This document shows positions 10,144 to 21,585 of a DNA stretch of 64,000 nucleotides, in pieces. Source of the DNA: an uncultured Thiotrichales bacterium (GTDB lineage: Bacteria > Pseudomonadota > Gammaproteobacteria > UWMA-0217). The DNA is taken from assembly GCA_964614535.1 (NCBI GenBank), contig CAZTOZ010000071.1:7675-71674 (forward strand), given 5' to 3'. The notes beneath the pieces are model-generated. The model made no database searches, was not told where the DNA came from, and worked only from the letters and a program-made list of their open reading frames with translations. Both the position numbers and the translations under genes were made by a program. Within the stretch, counting starts at the first letter, position 1. Each line of letters starts with the position of its first letter.

Positions 10144-11190
10144 ATGTGGCGCCGCACCGCCGCGAGCCTCCTCACCGCCATCGTCGCCGGCGCCGCCTGC
10201 GGTGGCAGTCGTTTCAATCTGTCGGTCGATCATGGCATCGGCCAGCGGTACATGGAGATGCGTCTGCTGGGGACGGTGCGGATCCCCGACGATCCGGTCG
10301 ACGGGATCCGCGTGGACGAAATGTCGGGCCTGGCCTGGGACGAGGATGAGCAACTGCTCTATGCCCTCTCCAACCGCGGCAAGCTGTTTCATCTGAGGCC
10401 GGTATTCGAGGACGGCATTCTGGTCGATGTGGAGGTGCTGGCGGCGATCCGGCTGCGGACCCGCTACGGCAAGAAACTGAAGAAGCCCTGGCGCGACGCC
10501 GAGGGGCTGGCGGTGCTCAATGGCCGCAACGGCAGAAAGGGGGACTCGGAGCTACTGATCTCTTTCGAGCGCAAGCCCAAGATCGCCCGCTTCGACAACC
10601 GCGGCTACGAGATCGCATCACTGCCACTGCCCCCGCCACTGAACGACGCAGACCGCTACGACACCACCAACCACGGCCTCGAGGCGGTCACGGCCCACCC
10701 CCGCCACGGCATCGTCACCACCCCGGAGGTGCCACTGCGGGACGCCGACGGCATCACCCTCTACGGCCTGCGGGGGCAACGCTGGCGAATCCCCCCCTTC
10801 CCGGTCGCCGACAACGCCATTGTCGGCATGGAGGTGATGCCGGATGGCCAGTTGCTATTGCTGGAACGCGCCTTCAGCTCGATGCTCGCGCCGATCGTGG
10901 TCTCGCTGCACCGGGTCCGGCTCGACGACGACTGCCGCAGCGACGGCGACCACCCCCCTGACGCCCCTTGCGAGAGCCACCCGGTGGCCATCATGAGCAG
11001 CAACAAGGGATGGAACCTGGACAATTTCGAGGGGTTGGCGCGTCATCGGGGCAACCGCTACTTCATGGTCAGCGACAACAACCGGTTCTGGCTGCAGAAG
11101 ACGCTGCTGAGCTATTTCGAAGTGGTGCCGCCGGAGGCGGCATCGTCAGCTGGTGATCAACTGGAGAAACTCGGCCCGGGTGGCCGGTGA
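10144..11190 (+). CDS. phytase-like esterase family protein (PF13449-like), probable lipoprotein
   Basis: The N-terminus has an 'AGAAC' lipobox. The architecture is beta-propeller-like. This is an inference from sequence composition and motifs. Confidence 0.45.
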   Translation: MWRRTAASLLTAIVAGAACGGSRFNLSVDHGIGQRYMEMRLLGTVRIPDDPVDGIRVDEMSGLAWDEDEQLLYALSNRGKLFHLRPVFEDGILVDVEVLAAIRLRTRYGKKLKKPWRDAEGLAVLNGRNGRKGDSELLISFERKPKIARFDNRGYEIASLPLPPPLNDADRYDTTNHGLEAVTAHPRHGIVTTPEVPLRDADGITLYGLRGQRWRIPPFPVADNAIVGMEVMPDGQLLLLERAFSSMLAPIVVSLHRVRLDDDCRSDGDHPPDAPCESHPVAIMSSNKGWNLDNFEGLARHRGNRYFMVSDNNRFWLQKTLLSYFEVVPPEAASSAGDQLEKLGPGGR

Positions 11191-11703
11191 ACTGCGAAAC
11201 GCGCCGAGCATGATCGACGTGCTCATCTCGGAGTTCTGTTTCTCCACCCCCCGCATCATCATGCACAGATGTTTGGCGCGAATATGGACGGCGACACCGA
11301 GTGCGTCGGTCACCTCCTGAATCGCATCGGCGATCTCCTTCGTCAGGTTTTCCTGGATCTGTAGACGCCGCGCGTACATATCGACGATCCGCGCAATCTT
11401 CGACAGGCCGATCACCTTGCCGCGCGGCAGATAGGCCACATGGGCACGGCCAATGAACGGCAGCAGATGATGCTCGCAGAGGGAGTAGAGCTCGATATCC
11501 TTGAGAATGACCATCTCGTCGTTGTCGGTGGAAAAGACGGCGCCGTTGAGCACCTCCTCGAGCGACTGGTTGTAACCCCGTGTCAGGTACTGCATCGCCC
11601 GCGCCGCCCGCTCCGGCGTTTTGACGAGACCCTCTCGCGAGACCTCCTCCCCCACGCTCTCGATGATCTGGGTATAGGCCTCGATCAGTTTCTCTTTGCT
11701 CAT
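11146..11703 (-). CDS. folE: GTP cyclohydrolase I
   Basis: 'CEHHLLPF' and 'HLCMMMRG' are canonical FolE motifs. The product is 185 aa. Confidence 0.95.
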   Translation of the reverse strand: MSKEKLIEAYTQIIESVGEEVSREGLVKTPERAARAMQYLTRGYNQSLEEVLNGAVFSTDNDEMVILKDIELYSLCEHHLLPFIGRAHVAYLPRGKVIGLSKIARIVDMYARRLQIQENLTKEIADAIQEVTDALGVAVHIRAKHLCMMMRGVEKQNSEMSTSIMLGAFRSSPATRAEFLQLITS

Positions 11704-11954
11704 GGATCCAAGCTCCTTCCTGCTACTTTCTGGTCGGTGTCGTCGCGACGATCATACGTGATCGCACCACCACGCTCTAACAGGTCGTCGAAAAACACGG
11801 TTTTTCGGCGACCCGTACTCGGCATATCCAGCACGCCGCCATTTCCCATGCCACGCACCATCGAAAACCGGAGGAAACGGAAAGACGTGCGATCTGTCCC
11901 CGTCTGGTGGAAAAGCCATGAGCGAACCGTATCGCCGACAGCGACAACTCGCGA

Positions 11955-12311
11955 TCACGGCGCGTCGCCGGTGGCGGAGAGATGTCGGTCGATGAAGCCC
12001 TGGATGAATGCCGCAGGACGCGCACCACTGAAACGATCGACCGGCTCACCGTCGATGAACAGGATCACCGTCGGAAAACCCCGTACCCGGTAGCGCCCGG
12101 CCAGCTTCATGTTGTCGCCCTCGTCCACCTCGACCTTTGCCAGACGCAGCGCCCCGTCGTAAGCGCCGACCACCCGTTTCAGCACCGGATCGAGAAAGAG
12201 GCAGGGAGAACACCACTCGGCCCAGAAATCCACCAGCACCGGCCCGCTGAACGACGCCGCCAGCACCTGCTCGTCGAACCGCGCCAGCGAGGTGTCGAAT
12301 ATCAGCGCCAT
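11955..12311 (-). CDS. thioredoxin-family protein (atypical WCSPC active site)
   Basis: The 'DFWAEWCSPC' motif is present. The ATG overlaps the stop of the upstream reductase gene by 1 nt. Confidence 0.8.
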   Translation of the reverse strand: MALIFDTSLARFDEQVLAASFSGPVLVDFWAEWCSPCLFLDPVLKRVVGAYDGALRLAKVEVDEGDNMKLAGRYRVRGFPTVILFIDGEPVDRFSGARPAAFIQGFIDRHLSATGDAP

Positions 12312-12925
12312 CACATGCCGTTCCGGTAGACCGACGTGTCGGTGGCGCCGCTGTCACGCACCGATCTGAGCGCCACGGCATACGCCCGCAGAATCCCCAG
12401 CGCCCAGCCGATGCGATCACGAAAATAGGCGTCGGCATCCGGGTCGTTCTGCGCTGGATCGTCGTTGAGCACCCGCTCGCAGTGGCGCACGATGATCTGC
12501 TCGGGGATGTAGCAGATACGGTTGTTCTTGTAGCTGCTCATGCGCAGTTCGGCCACCGGATAGGCACCACCATCGGCCGAGGAGACGGTGACGATCAACG
12601 CCGGCTTGTGCGCCAGCTCACCCTGCGTCCACAGCAGGAAGAAGTTCTTCAACCCCGACGGTACCTGCCCGTGCCACTCCGGCGCGACGATGACGAACCC
12701 ATCGCTGCTGTGCAGCTGTTCGGCAATCGGCGCAAGCAGCGCCTCCCACTCGGGATCGCCCTCCCAGATCCCCTCGTCCCACAACGGCAGCGGGTTCCCG
12801 GCAAGGCTGAACAGCCAGGTCTCATCGGCCAGCGCCCTCTCCCGCAGCGTGCGCTCGATGAAACGGGCGATCTTCAGACTCTGCGCCTGCGCCCGGTGAC
12901 TGCCACTGATGATGCTGATCTTCAT
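12311..12925 (-). CDS. NAD(P)H-dependent FMN reductase-family oxidoreductase
   Basis: 'MKISIISGSHR' is a flavodoxin-like start. A GGAG Shine-Dalgarno is present. Upstream ORF-track residues were rejected. Confidence 0.75.
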   Translation of the reverse strand: MKISIISGSHRAQAQSLKIARFIERTLRERALADETWLFSLAGNPLPLWDEGIWEGDPEWEALLAPIAEQLHSSDGFVIVAPEWHGQVPSGLKNFFLLWTQGELAHKPALIVTVSSADGGAYPVAELRMSSYKNNRICYIPEQIIVRHCERVLNDDPAQNDPDADAYFRDRIGWALGILRAYAVALRSVRDSGATDTSVYRNGM

Positions 12926-13130
12926 ACTGTTCGAATCTCCTGCCGGTCGGCCCGATGACGGGCGGCGCACACCATGCCACATCGAGTGACCGATCTGTTG
13001 CAATCAAACCACTGAACGACGGCAATCTCTCCACCATTCACGGGAATTTACAACAACCTGGTTTAGTAACAACCCTGAGATGCCGGTATAATCCGCTGTT
13101 GATCACCGGCTCCATGCGGGGCGGGTTCCG

Positions 13131-13943
13131 GTGCGACAGGCTCTGTTGCCCGATCCACCCCATCCATGCAACGTAATCCCAGGATCGACTGTGCTGAAAA
13201 GAATACTGAGAAAGGGCGAAAGCACGACCACGACGAACGAAGCAGCGGCAGAGACGCCACGGCCCACACCGGCGGTGTCACTGCCGCCGCCGGCCGTCGA
13301 TACGGACGAAACCACGGCACGGCTCAACGAAAAACTGCTCGACGACCCGGTCGAGCAGCCACCCAGCGTGCTCACGCGCCTGGCCGGCCGCCTGCGCCGC
13401 CCGTGGGGGCGGGACACCGCATCCCGCCAGGTCCGTGAGCACGAGCGTGACATTCACCACCGGCTGGAGATCGCCTTCGAGGCACTGCACCGGGAGTTCG
13501 ACGCACGCGAAAAGGCGCTCCAGCAACAGCTGGCCGAGGCCGCCAAACACTATGAGAAAAGGATCAAACGCTCGAAACTGCTGATCGGCTCACTGGCCGT
13601 GCTCACCATTCTCAGCCTGGGTTATCTCTTCTACATGCTCCATCTGATGGGTACGGCGATGACCAGCATCTCCACCGACATCACGGCAATGAACGGCAGC
13701 GTCTCCAGCATGGATCGCAACATGGCGGCGATGCGCCACGACACGCAGCAAATGGTCGGCGGCATTCAACGGATGGATCGGTCGATGGGCCATCTCGACT
13801 ACAACATCGGCTCGATGAACCAGACGATGGGCGCGCTCAATCACAACGTCGCTGCGATGAACCAGTCGATCGCGCCGATCGGCAACGTGGCCAGGCCCAT
13901 GGGCGGCTTCATGGGTGCGATGAAATCGTTCATGCCGTTCTGA
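13131..13943 (+). CDS. hypothetical single-pass membrane protein with a Met-rich periodic C-terminal (periplasmic?) tail
   Basis: The start is GTG. A TATAAT box lies at 13087-13092. One TM helix is present ('LLIGSLAVLTILSLGYLFYMLHLM'). It is followed by a roughly 11-residue periodic stretch with 14 Met in about 95 aa. Confidence 0.5.
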   Translation: MRQALLPDPPHPCNVIPGSTVLKRILRKGESTTTTNEAAAETPRPTPAVSLPPPAVDTDETTARLNEKLLDDPVEQPPSVLTRLAGRLRRPWGRDTASRQVREHERDIHHRLEIAFEALHREFDAREKALQQQLAEAAKHYEKRIKRSKLLIGSLAVLTILSLGYLFYMLHLMGTAMTSISTDITAMNGSVSSMDRNMAAMRHDTQQMVGGIQRMDRSMGHLDYNIGSMNQTMGALNHNVAAMNQSIAPIGNVARPMGGFMGAMKSFMPF

Positions 13944-14024
13944 TGCCGGCACCAGCCGGGGCACCCAAACGCCAGACGGACAAGCCGGGCAGACGACCCG
14001 GCTTTCCGCCGCCCGCCTCCCGGC

Positions 14025-14375
14025 TCAGTGCGGGTTCTCGTAGAAAATGTAGCTCGTCGAGTAGTCGCTGAACTCGAAGTAGACCTCTTTCTCTCCCGGA
14101 TCCTTCTTGAAATTCATGTTCAGGTCCATCACCCCGTAACCAAAACGGTACGGCCTGGGCACCGAGCCACCCTGGGTACTGGTTCCGGTCGACAGCTTGT
14201 CGATCTTGATGAAGCGGTTGACCAGCTTCTCCCCGGCATAGACATCGAGTACGCCGTCGGTGCCGGTGTAGTTCTGGATGGCGCGTCCCAGCTTGTTCTG
14301 GGTCTCCTGGGTACAACCGGAAGCCAGCAGGGCGCCGGCCACGAGCACGGCAAAGGCCATGAGTTTCATCTGCAT
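14025..14375 (-). CDS. small lipoprotein, hypothetical
   Basis: The signal peptide ends in an 'LLASGC' lipobox. Confidence 0.55.
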   Translation of the reverse strand: MQMKLMAFAVLVAGALLASGCTQETQNKLGRAIQNYTGTDGVLDVYAGEKLVNRFIKIDKLSTGTSTQGGSVPRPYRFGYGVMDLNMNFKKDPGEKEVYFEFSDYSTSYIFYENPH

Positions 14376-14418
14376 TTCTCCTGATTTCGTTGCAACAGGC
14401 TGTCGTCAGCCCGGGATT

Positions 14419-14967
14419 CTACCGCTTCGGCTCACCTTTCGCCTCATAGTAGGCGTAGTAGCTCTCCATGATCTCCTCGTGCGCCTCCGCGATCCCGTAC
14501 CAACCATCGACCCGTGCCCATTTGCCCGGCTCCAGCGCCTTGTACTGCTCGAAGAAGTGGGCGATCTCATTGAGCAGCGACGGCGGCAGGTCGTCGATGC
14601 TGTTGACCCGGTCGTAGTGCGCCGACAATCCGCGCGCCGGCACGGCCAGCACCTTGGTGTCGTAGCCCGACTCGTCCTCCATCTTCAGCATCCCCAGCGC
14701 CCGGCAGTTGATGATCACGCCGGAGAGCAGCGGCACCGGCGTGATCACGAGCACGTCGATCGGATCGCCATCGGCCGACAGCGTGTGCGGGATCAGGCCA
14801 TAGTTGGCCGGATAGTGCAGCGAGGTGCCGAAGAAGCGATCGACGACCAGCGCCCCGCTCTCCTTGTCCAGCTCGTATTTGACGGCGCCCCCATCGTTGG
14901 GAATCTCGATGATGACGTTGAAGGTGTCGGGCAGGTTCTTCCCCGCGCTGATCTTGTCGATATCCAT
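14419..14967 (-). CDS. ppa: inorganic pyrophosphatase
   Basis: Family I PPase motifs are present, including 'DPIDVLV'. The product is 182 aa. Confidence 0.95.
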   Translation of the reverse strand: MDIDKISAGKNLPDTFNVIIEIPNDGGAVKYELDKESGALVVDRFFGTSLHYPANYGLIPHTLSADGDPIDVLVITPVPLLSGVIINCRALGMLKMEDESGYDTKVLAVPARGLSAHYDRVNSIDDLPPSLLNEIAHFFEQYKALEPGKWARVDGWYGIAEAHEEIMESYYAYYEAKGEPKR

Positions 14968-14979
14968 TGCTCTTTGTCC

Positions 14980-17121
<2,142 letters not shown>

Positions 17122-17278
17122 CTACATTACCATATCCACCGAAAAGGCACCCCAACCCCCAATAACGAGTGGATATTCCACCGAACGGCGCACCGACCAC
17201 GTGACAACCCCGCCGGAACCTGCTGTGATATCGCCTGTCTGACAGCAGGCGTCATCATCAGCCAGTGACAACCAAACC

Positions 17279-17662
17279 ATGAGCCACGATCCCATCGACT
17301 CCATCGACGTTCATGTCAAGAGCCGCTACCTGCCCGAAGAGTCGGAACCGGAACAGTCGAAATATCTCTTTTCCTACACCGTCACCATCTACAACAGCGG
17401 TAAGCGGCCAGCCCGGCTGCTGACCCGTCACTGGGTCATCACCGACGCCAACGGCAAGGTGCAGGAGGTGGAGGGCGATGGCGTCGTCGGCGAGCAACCC
17501 TACCTCAAACCGGGCGAGGCCTTTCAATACACCAGTGGCACAGTGCTGGAGACACCCGCCGGCATCATGGAGGGGCGCTATCACATGATCACCGACAGTG
17601 GCGAGCGGTTTACCGCCCGAATCCACCCCTTCGCCCTGGCCATTCCCGAAAAACTGCATTGA
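17279..17662 (+). CDS. apaG: ApaG (DUF525) protein
   Basis: The translation aligns closely with E. coli ApaG ('YTVTIYN', 'GEGVVG.QP.L.PGE.FQYTSG'). Confidence 0.9.
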   Translation: MSHDPIDSIDVHVKSRYLPEESEPEQSKYLFSYTVTIYNSGKRPARLLTRHWVITDANGKVQEVEGDGVVGEQPYLKPGEAFQYTSGTVLETPAGIMEGRYHMITDSGERFTARIHPFALAIPEKLH

Positions 17663-17668
17663 TGCGCC

Positions 17669-18505
17669 ATGGCCATCTACGCGATCGGTGACGTTCAGGG
17701 CTGTCTGACCGAGCTGCATCAACTGCTGGCGAAGATCCGCTTCGACCCAGCCGAAGACCAGCTCTGGTTCTGCGGCGACCTGGTCAATCGTGGCCCAGCC
17801 TCGCTGGAGACGCTGCGTTTCATCCGCTCCCTCGGCGATGCTGCCATCTGCGTCCTGGGCAATCACGATCTCCACCTGCTGGCCGTCGGCAGCGGCGCCC
17901 AGTCGCTCAAACGCAAGGACACGCTGCGCACCATTCTCGATGCCAGTGACGCGGGGGAGCTGCTCGACTGGCTGCGCTTTCGTCCGATGCTGCACTACAG
18001 CAAACCGCTCAAGACCGCGCTGGTCCATGCCGGCCTGCCGCCACAGTGGTCGGTGAAGAAGGCGCGCAAACTCGCCCGCGAGGTGGAGCACTGTCTGCGC
18101 CACGGCGACCACTACGCCTTCTTCCGCAAAATGTATGGCAACAAACCAAACCGCTGGCGCAAGAAACTCGAAGGCATCGACCGGCTGCGCTTCATCACCA
18201 ATGCCCTGACCCGCATCCGCTACTGCGACGCCAAGGGCCGGCTCGACTTCGACAACAAGCTCGGGCCCAATGGCAACGGCAACGGTCTGCTGCCCTGGTT
18301 CCGCGTCCCCGGCCGCAAGAGCATCAACCGGCGTATCGTCTTCGGCCACTGGTCCACATTGGGCTTCGTCAATGAAAACAACGTCATCGGCCTCGATACT
18401 GGCTGCGTCTGGGGTGGCCAGCTGACGGCATATCGTCTCGACACGCCACTCGCCCACCCCATCAGCATGGTCTGCGCCGGCGCACTGGCACCCGGCGAAG
18501 CCTAG
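17669..18505 (+). CDS. apaH: bis(5'-nucleosyl)-tetraphosphatase (symmetrical)
   Basis: The 'YAIGDVQGC' and 'GDLVNRGP...LGNHD' blocks are present. Confidence 0.9.
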   Translation: MAIYAIGDVQGCLTELHQLLAKIRFDPAEDQLWFCGDLVNRGPASLETLRFIRSLGDAAICVLGNHDLHLLAVGSGAQSLKRKDTLRTILDASDAGELLDWLRFRPMLHYSKPLKTALVHAGLPPQWSVKKARKLAREVEHCLRHGDHYAFFRKMYGNKPNRWRKKLEGIDRLRFITNALTRIRYCDAKGRLDFDNKLGPNGNGNGLLPWFRVPGRKSINRRIVFGHWSTLGFVNENNVIGLDTGCVWGGQLTAYRLDTPLAHPISMVCAGALAPGEA

Positions 18506-18556
18506 CCCGAATACTCCATGAGAATGCAGGATCTTGGGGGAGTCTCGGCGAGGCCG
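18506..18556 (+). repeat. copy 1 of a 51-nt intergenic repeat (cccgaatactNNNtgagaatgcaggatNttggggNaNtctcggcgaggccg)
   Basis: It is about 90% identical to 33279-33329. It lies just upstream of a candidate sigma70 promoter (TTACCA-17-TATGAA, 18572-18600). Confidence 0.7.
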
Positions 18557-18571
18557 GGGACACTTCGTGTC

Positions 18572-18600
18572 TTACCAATATTCCAAGGTTGCCATATGAA
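18572..18600 (+). promoter_or_regulatory. candidate sigma70 promoter for the downstream OMP gene
   Basis: TTACCA, a 17-nt spacer and TATGAA lie about 75 nt upstream of the 18674 start. Confidence 0.35.
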
Positions 18601-18673
18601 TCATGGTGTTACGCTGTCCTACCAGCGCTCTCGTGAAATATCGGGGATCGCCCACCGACCAGGAACCAACACC

Positions 18674-19561
18674 ATGAAAAGGCTTTCGATCCTGCCGCTG
18701 CTGCTGGCCAGCCTGCCGTCAGCTGCCCTCGACCTGACCGTGGGCAGCGGCCACTTCGACACACGGGCGTCGATCGACGGGATGATGTCCGCCAGCATCG
18801 ATCTCGACATCACGACACTCTCCCTGCGCCAGCCGGCAACACCGATCGCCGGCCTGCCCCTGCACTGGTCGATGCGGCTCGAACTTTTCCAGTCCGCCTA
18901 CGCCAACCGTGTGGCCGACTTCGTCAGCCAGCCGGTACGCACTGACATTCCACGCCTCGGCAGCAGCATCGACGATCTGGCCAACGACTTCACCGCCGTG
19001 CCGGTTCCCGCCGACTACCACGTCTACGGCCTGGACCTGAACATCGGCATCGGCCACGGTCTGCTCGACACCGACCGGGGAAGCGTGCGGATCGGCCTCA
19101 ACAGCGGCGTGACACTGCCGTTCCTGCGCACACGGAACCTGGCGACGGACGCGAACCTGCTGCTGGACGTGCTGGACACCACCACCACCGAGATCCAGAC
19201 CCTGAAACTGGGACCGGCGATGACAGCCTCCTGGCAGGCTTCACCAGTATTGACACTGCGCGGCAGCTGGACCTACGACCGTCAATGGGGCCGCCTCGAC
19301 AACGAGCTGTTGGCCAGCGGAATCGGCATCGACGGCAGCTACTGGCAGTGGGACATCGGCGTCGAGCTGCATTCGCACGACTGGCCCCGTGGCCTGCGGT
19401 GGTTGCAAAACGGGCACGTCGTCGCCGGCTATCGCCGCAGCCGGTGGGACTTCGACTCCACGACCGTTCGATTACCACGGGCATCGGCCGTCGTGCCGGC
19501 AATGCTCGACATGGCATTCACCCAGGAGACGCTCTATGCGGGGGTGGGCATCGAGTTCTGA
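18674..19561 (+). CDS. hypothetical outer-membrane beta-barrel protein
   Basis: A signal peptide is present (MKRLSILPLLLASLPSAA). Amphipathic beta strands alternate through the sequence. The C-terminus is an aromatic Phe ('GVGIEF'). Confidence 0.6.
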   Translation: MKRLSILPLLLASLPSAALDLTVGSGHFDTRASIDGMMSASIDLDITTLSLRQPATPIAGLPLHWSMRLELFQSAYANRVADFVSQPVRTDIPRLGSSIDDLANDFTAVPVPADYHVYGLDLNIGIGHGLLDTDRGSVRIGLNSGVTLPFLRTRNLATDANLLLDVLDTTTTEIQTLKLGPAMTASWQASPVLTLRGSWTYDRQWGRLDNELLASGIGIDGSYWQWDIGVELHSHDWPRGLRWLQNGHVVAGYRRSRWDFDSTTVRLPRASAVVPAMLDMAFTQETLYAGVGIEF

Positions 19562-19621
19562 AACAGACAGTCAACACGGCAGGCAACCGACGGCCGAAAT
19601 ACGCCGCCGATTGCCGGATCA

Positions 19622-20371
19622 TTATTTCCCGGCGGCTTCGTGGGCCGCAATGCCGTCGAGAATCTTGCGCAGATCGGCCGCCGGACGATAACCAGGGATC
19701 AGATCGCCGGTCTCCAACAATATGGCCGGCGTACCGCTCACACCCACCTCTTCACCCAGCGCCAGGTGTTCCTTGACCGGATTTTTGCAACTGCCCTTCG
19801 GTACCGGCTGACCGGCCTTCGACTGGGTCAGGGCATCGGCACGGTCCTTGGCGCACCAGACATCCACCGCCTTCTGATAGGAGGGTGAATTCACCCCGGC
19901 GCGCGGAAACAGCAGGTACCGCACCTCGATCCCCGCGTCGTTGTAGTCACCGATCTCGTTGTGCAGCTTGCGGCAATAGGGACAGTCGATATCGGTGAAG
20001 ACATAGACAACATGGTCGGCCGGCTTCCCTTTTGGGGCAAAAACGATGGTGTTCTCCTTTTTGATGCCTTTGGCGATGTCACCACGCGCGGCACGCCGGG
20101 TGAAGCTGGTCAGGTTCTTGCGATCGGCCACATCGATCAGATCGCCCTGCAAAATGTATTTCCCGTCTCCGCTGATATAGAAAATGGTGGTGCCGTAGGC
20201 GACCTCATAGAGACCTTTGATCGGTGACGGCGAGACCCGGTCGGGTTTTTCATCCGGTATCAGTTGTTCGAGTGCGGACTTGAGCGCGGATGGTGCCTCA
20301 TCGGCCGCCATGAGTTGAGAAACCGGCGCCACGACCAGCAGCACCGCCAACAACAGCATTTTCTTCAGCAT
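19622..20371 (-). CDS. dsbC: thiol:disulfide interchange protein DsbC
   Basis: A signal peptide, a dimerisation domain and a thioredoxin 'CPYC' motif are present. The gene lies downstream of xerD, as in E. coli. Confidence 0.85.
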   Translation of the reverse strand: MLKKMLLLAVLLVVAPVSQLMAADEAPSALKSALEQLIPDEKPDRVSPSPIKGLYEVAYGTTIFYISGDGKYILQGDLIDVADRKNLTSFTRRAARGDIAKGIKKENTIVFAPKGKPADHVVYVFTDIDCPYCRKLHNEIGDYNDAGIEVRYLLFPRAGVNSPSYQKAVDVWCAKDRADALTQSKAGQPVPKGSCKNPVKEHLALGEEVGVSGTPAILLETGDLIPGYRPAADLRKILDGIAAHEAAGK

Positions 20372-20447
20372 CGGGTTTTCCTGTTTCCATCGACATTGGT
20401 GACCGGCCACTATACCCAACCGACGCCCCCGGTGCATCCACCCCGAT

Positions 20448-21380
20448 TCAGGCCCGGGGATGATGACGCGCATGGAGCCGCTGCAACCGCTCACGCGCAA
20501 TATGGGTGTAGATCTGCGTGGTAGAGATGTCGCTATGCCCCAGCAAGAGCTGGACGACACGGAGATCGGCGCCATGATTGAGCAGATGCGTGGCAAACGC
20601 ATGCCGCAATCCATGTGGCGACAACGGCGTGGAGATACCACATTGGCGCGCATGGCGTTTGACGATATGCCAGAAATTGTGCCTCGTCATCGCGCCACCA
20701 CGGCGGGTCACGAAAACGGCATCGTTCGGGGGACGCTGCCGGAGCAACGCGGGGCGGGCCCGATGCAGATAGCGTTGCAACCACGCCACCGCCTCCTCGC
20801 CAATGGGCATGATGCGCTCCTTGCCCCCCTTGCCCACCACCCGGACGATCCCCGATTGCAGATTGAGCTGGTCCAGCTGCAACGCCACCAGTTCGCTGAC
20901 ACGCAGCCCGGCCGCATACATCAATTCCAACATCGCCCGATCACGCAGTCCCAGATCGGTCGCCGGATCGGGCGCCTGCAGCAAAGCCTCGATTTCCGCC
21001 TCGGTCGGCGCCCCGGGCAGTTTCCTTCCCAGCTTGGGCATTTCCAACAACTGGGTGGGATCGACCACGATCACCTCTTCACGCAACAAAAACCCATAGA
21101 ACCGCCGCCAGCAGGACAGCGCCCGGGACATCGAACGCGCGCCGATGCCCGACTCGGCCCGCCACGCCTGAAACGCCAACAGATCATCGGCCCGCGCCGC
21201 GGTCAACGCAACACCCCGCCCGGCCAACCAGCGCCCCAGCTGCAGCAGATCGTTGCGATAGGCCCGGCGGGTATTTTCACTCAGGCCCCGCTCGAGCCAA
21301 AGCATGTCGATGAATTCATCGACCCGCTGCTGATCCTCCAGCGACAGAGAAGGTTTCCGTCGAAACGATGGTGACACCAT
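20448..21380 (-). CDS. xerD: site-specific tyrosine recombinase XerD
   Basis: The catalytic 'HGLRHAFATHLL...LLGH...TQIYTH' block is present. The product is 310 aa. Confidence 0.9.
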   Translation of the reverse strand: MVSPSFRRKPSLSLEDQQRVDEFIDMLWLERGLSENTRRAYRNDLLQLGRWLAGRGVALTAARADDLLAFQAWRAESGIGARSMSRALSCWRRFYGFLLREEVIVVDPTQLLEMPKLGRKLPGAPTEAEIEALLQAPDPATDLGLRDRAMLELMYAAGLRVSELVALQLDQLNLQSGIVRVVGKGGKERIMPIGEEAVAWLQRYLHRARPALLRQRPPNDAVFVTRRGGAMTRHNFWHIVKRHARQCGISTPLSPHGLRHAFATHLLNHGADLRVVQLLLGHSDISTTQIYTHIARERLQRLHARHHPRA

Positions 21381-21530
21381 AAAGAGCCCCCCTAGCAGAA
21401 CCGACAGGCCACGCCGCGGCGATACCGTTCATCACGCGGGTTCTCCGCCCGCCCCTGTTCGGGGCGGACGCAACGAGCACCGAAGCAATGGCCGACACGA
21501 CCATCCGGCATCCACTTTTGCGCCGCCACC

Positions 21531-21565
21531 ACAACAAAAAAGCCCGCGAAAGCGGGCTTTTCTGC
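21531..21565 (-). terminator. Rho-independent terminator downstream of the AT-hook protein gene
   Basis: The hairpin is GCCCGCtttcGCGGGC, followed by TTTTTTGTTG on the minus strand. Confidence 0.8.
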
Positions 21566-21585
21566 ATGGCACGGCCTGCGAGCCA

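Noticed and set aside
18506-18556. Repeat copy 1 as a simple terminator of apaH
   Set aside because: No stable GC hairpin followed by a T-run is present. A second copy exists in a non-terminator context.
21440-21470. Second hairpin (ccgcccctgttcggggcgg) upstream of xerD as a riboswitch or attenuator
   Set aside because: It is a short GC stem without conserved flanks. It is more likely an accessory terminator or REP-like structure, and the evidence is insufficient.
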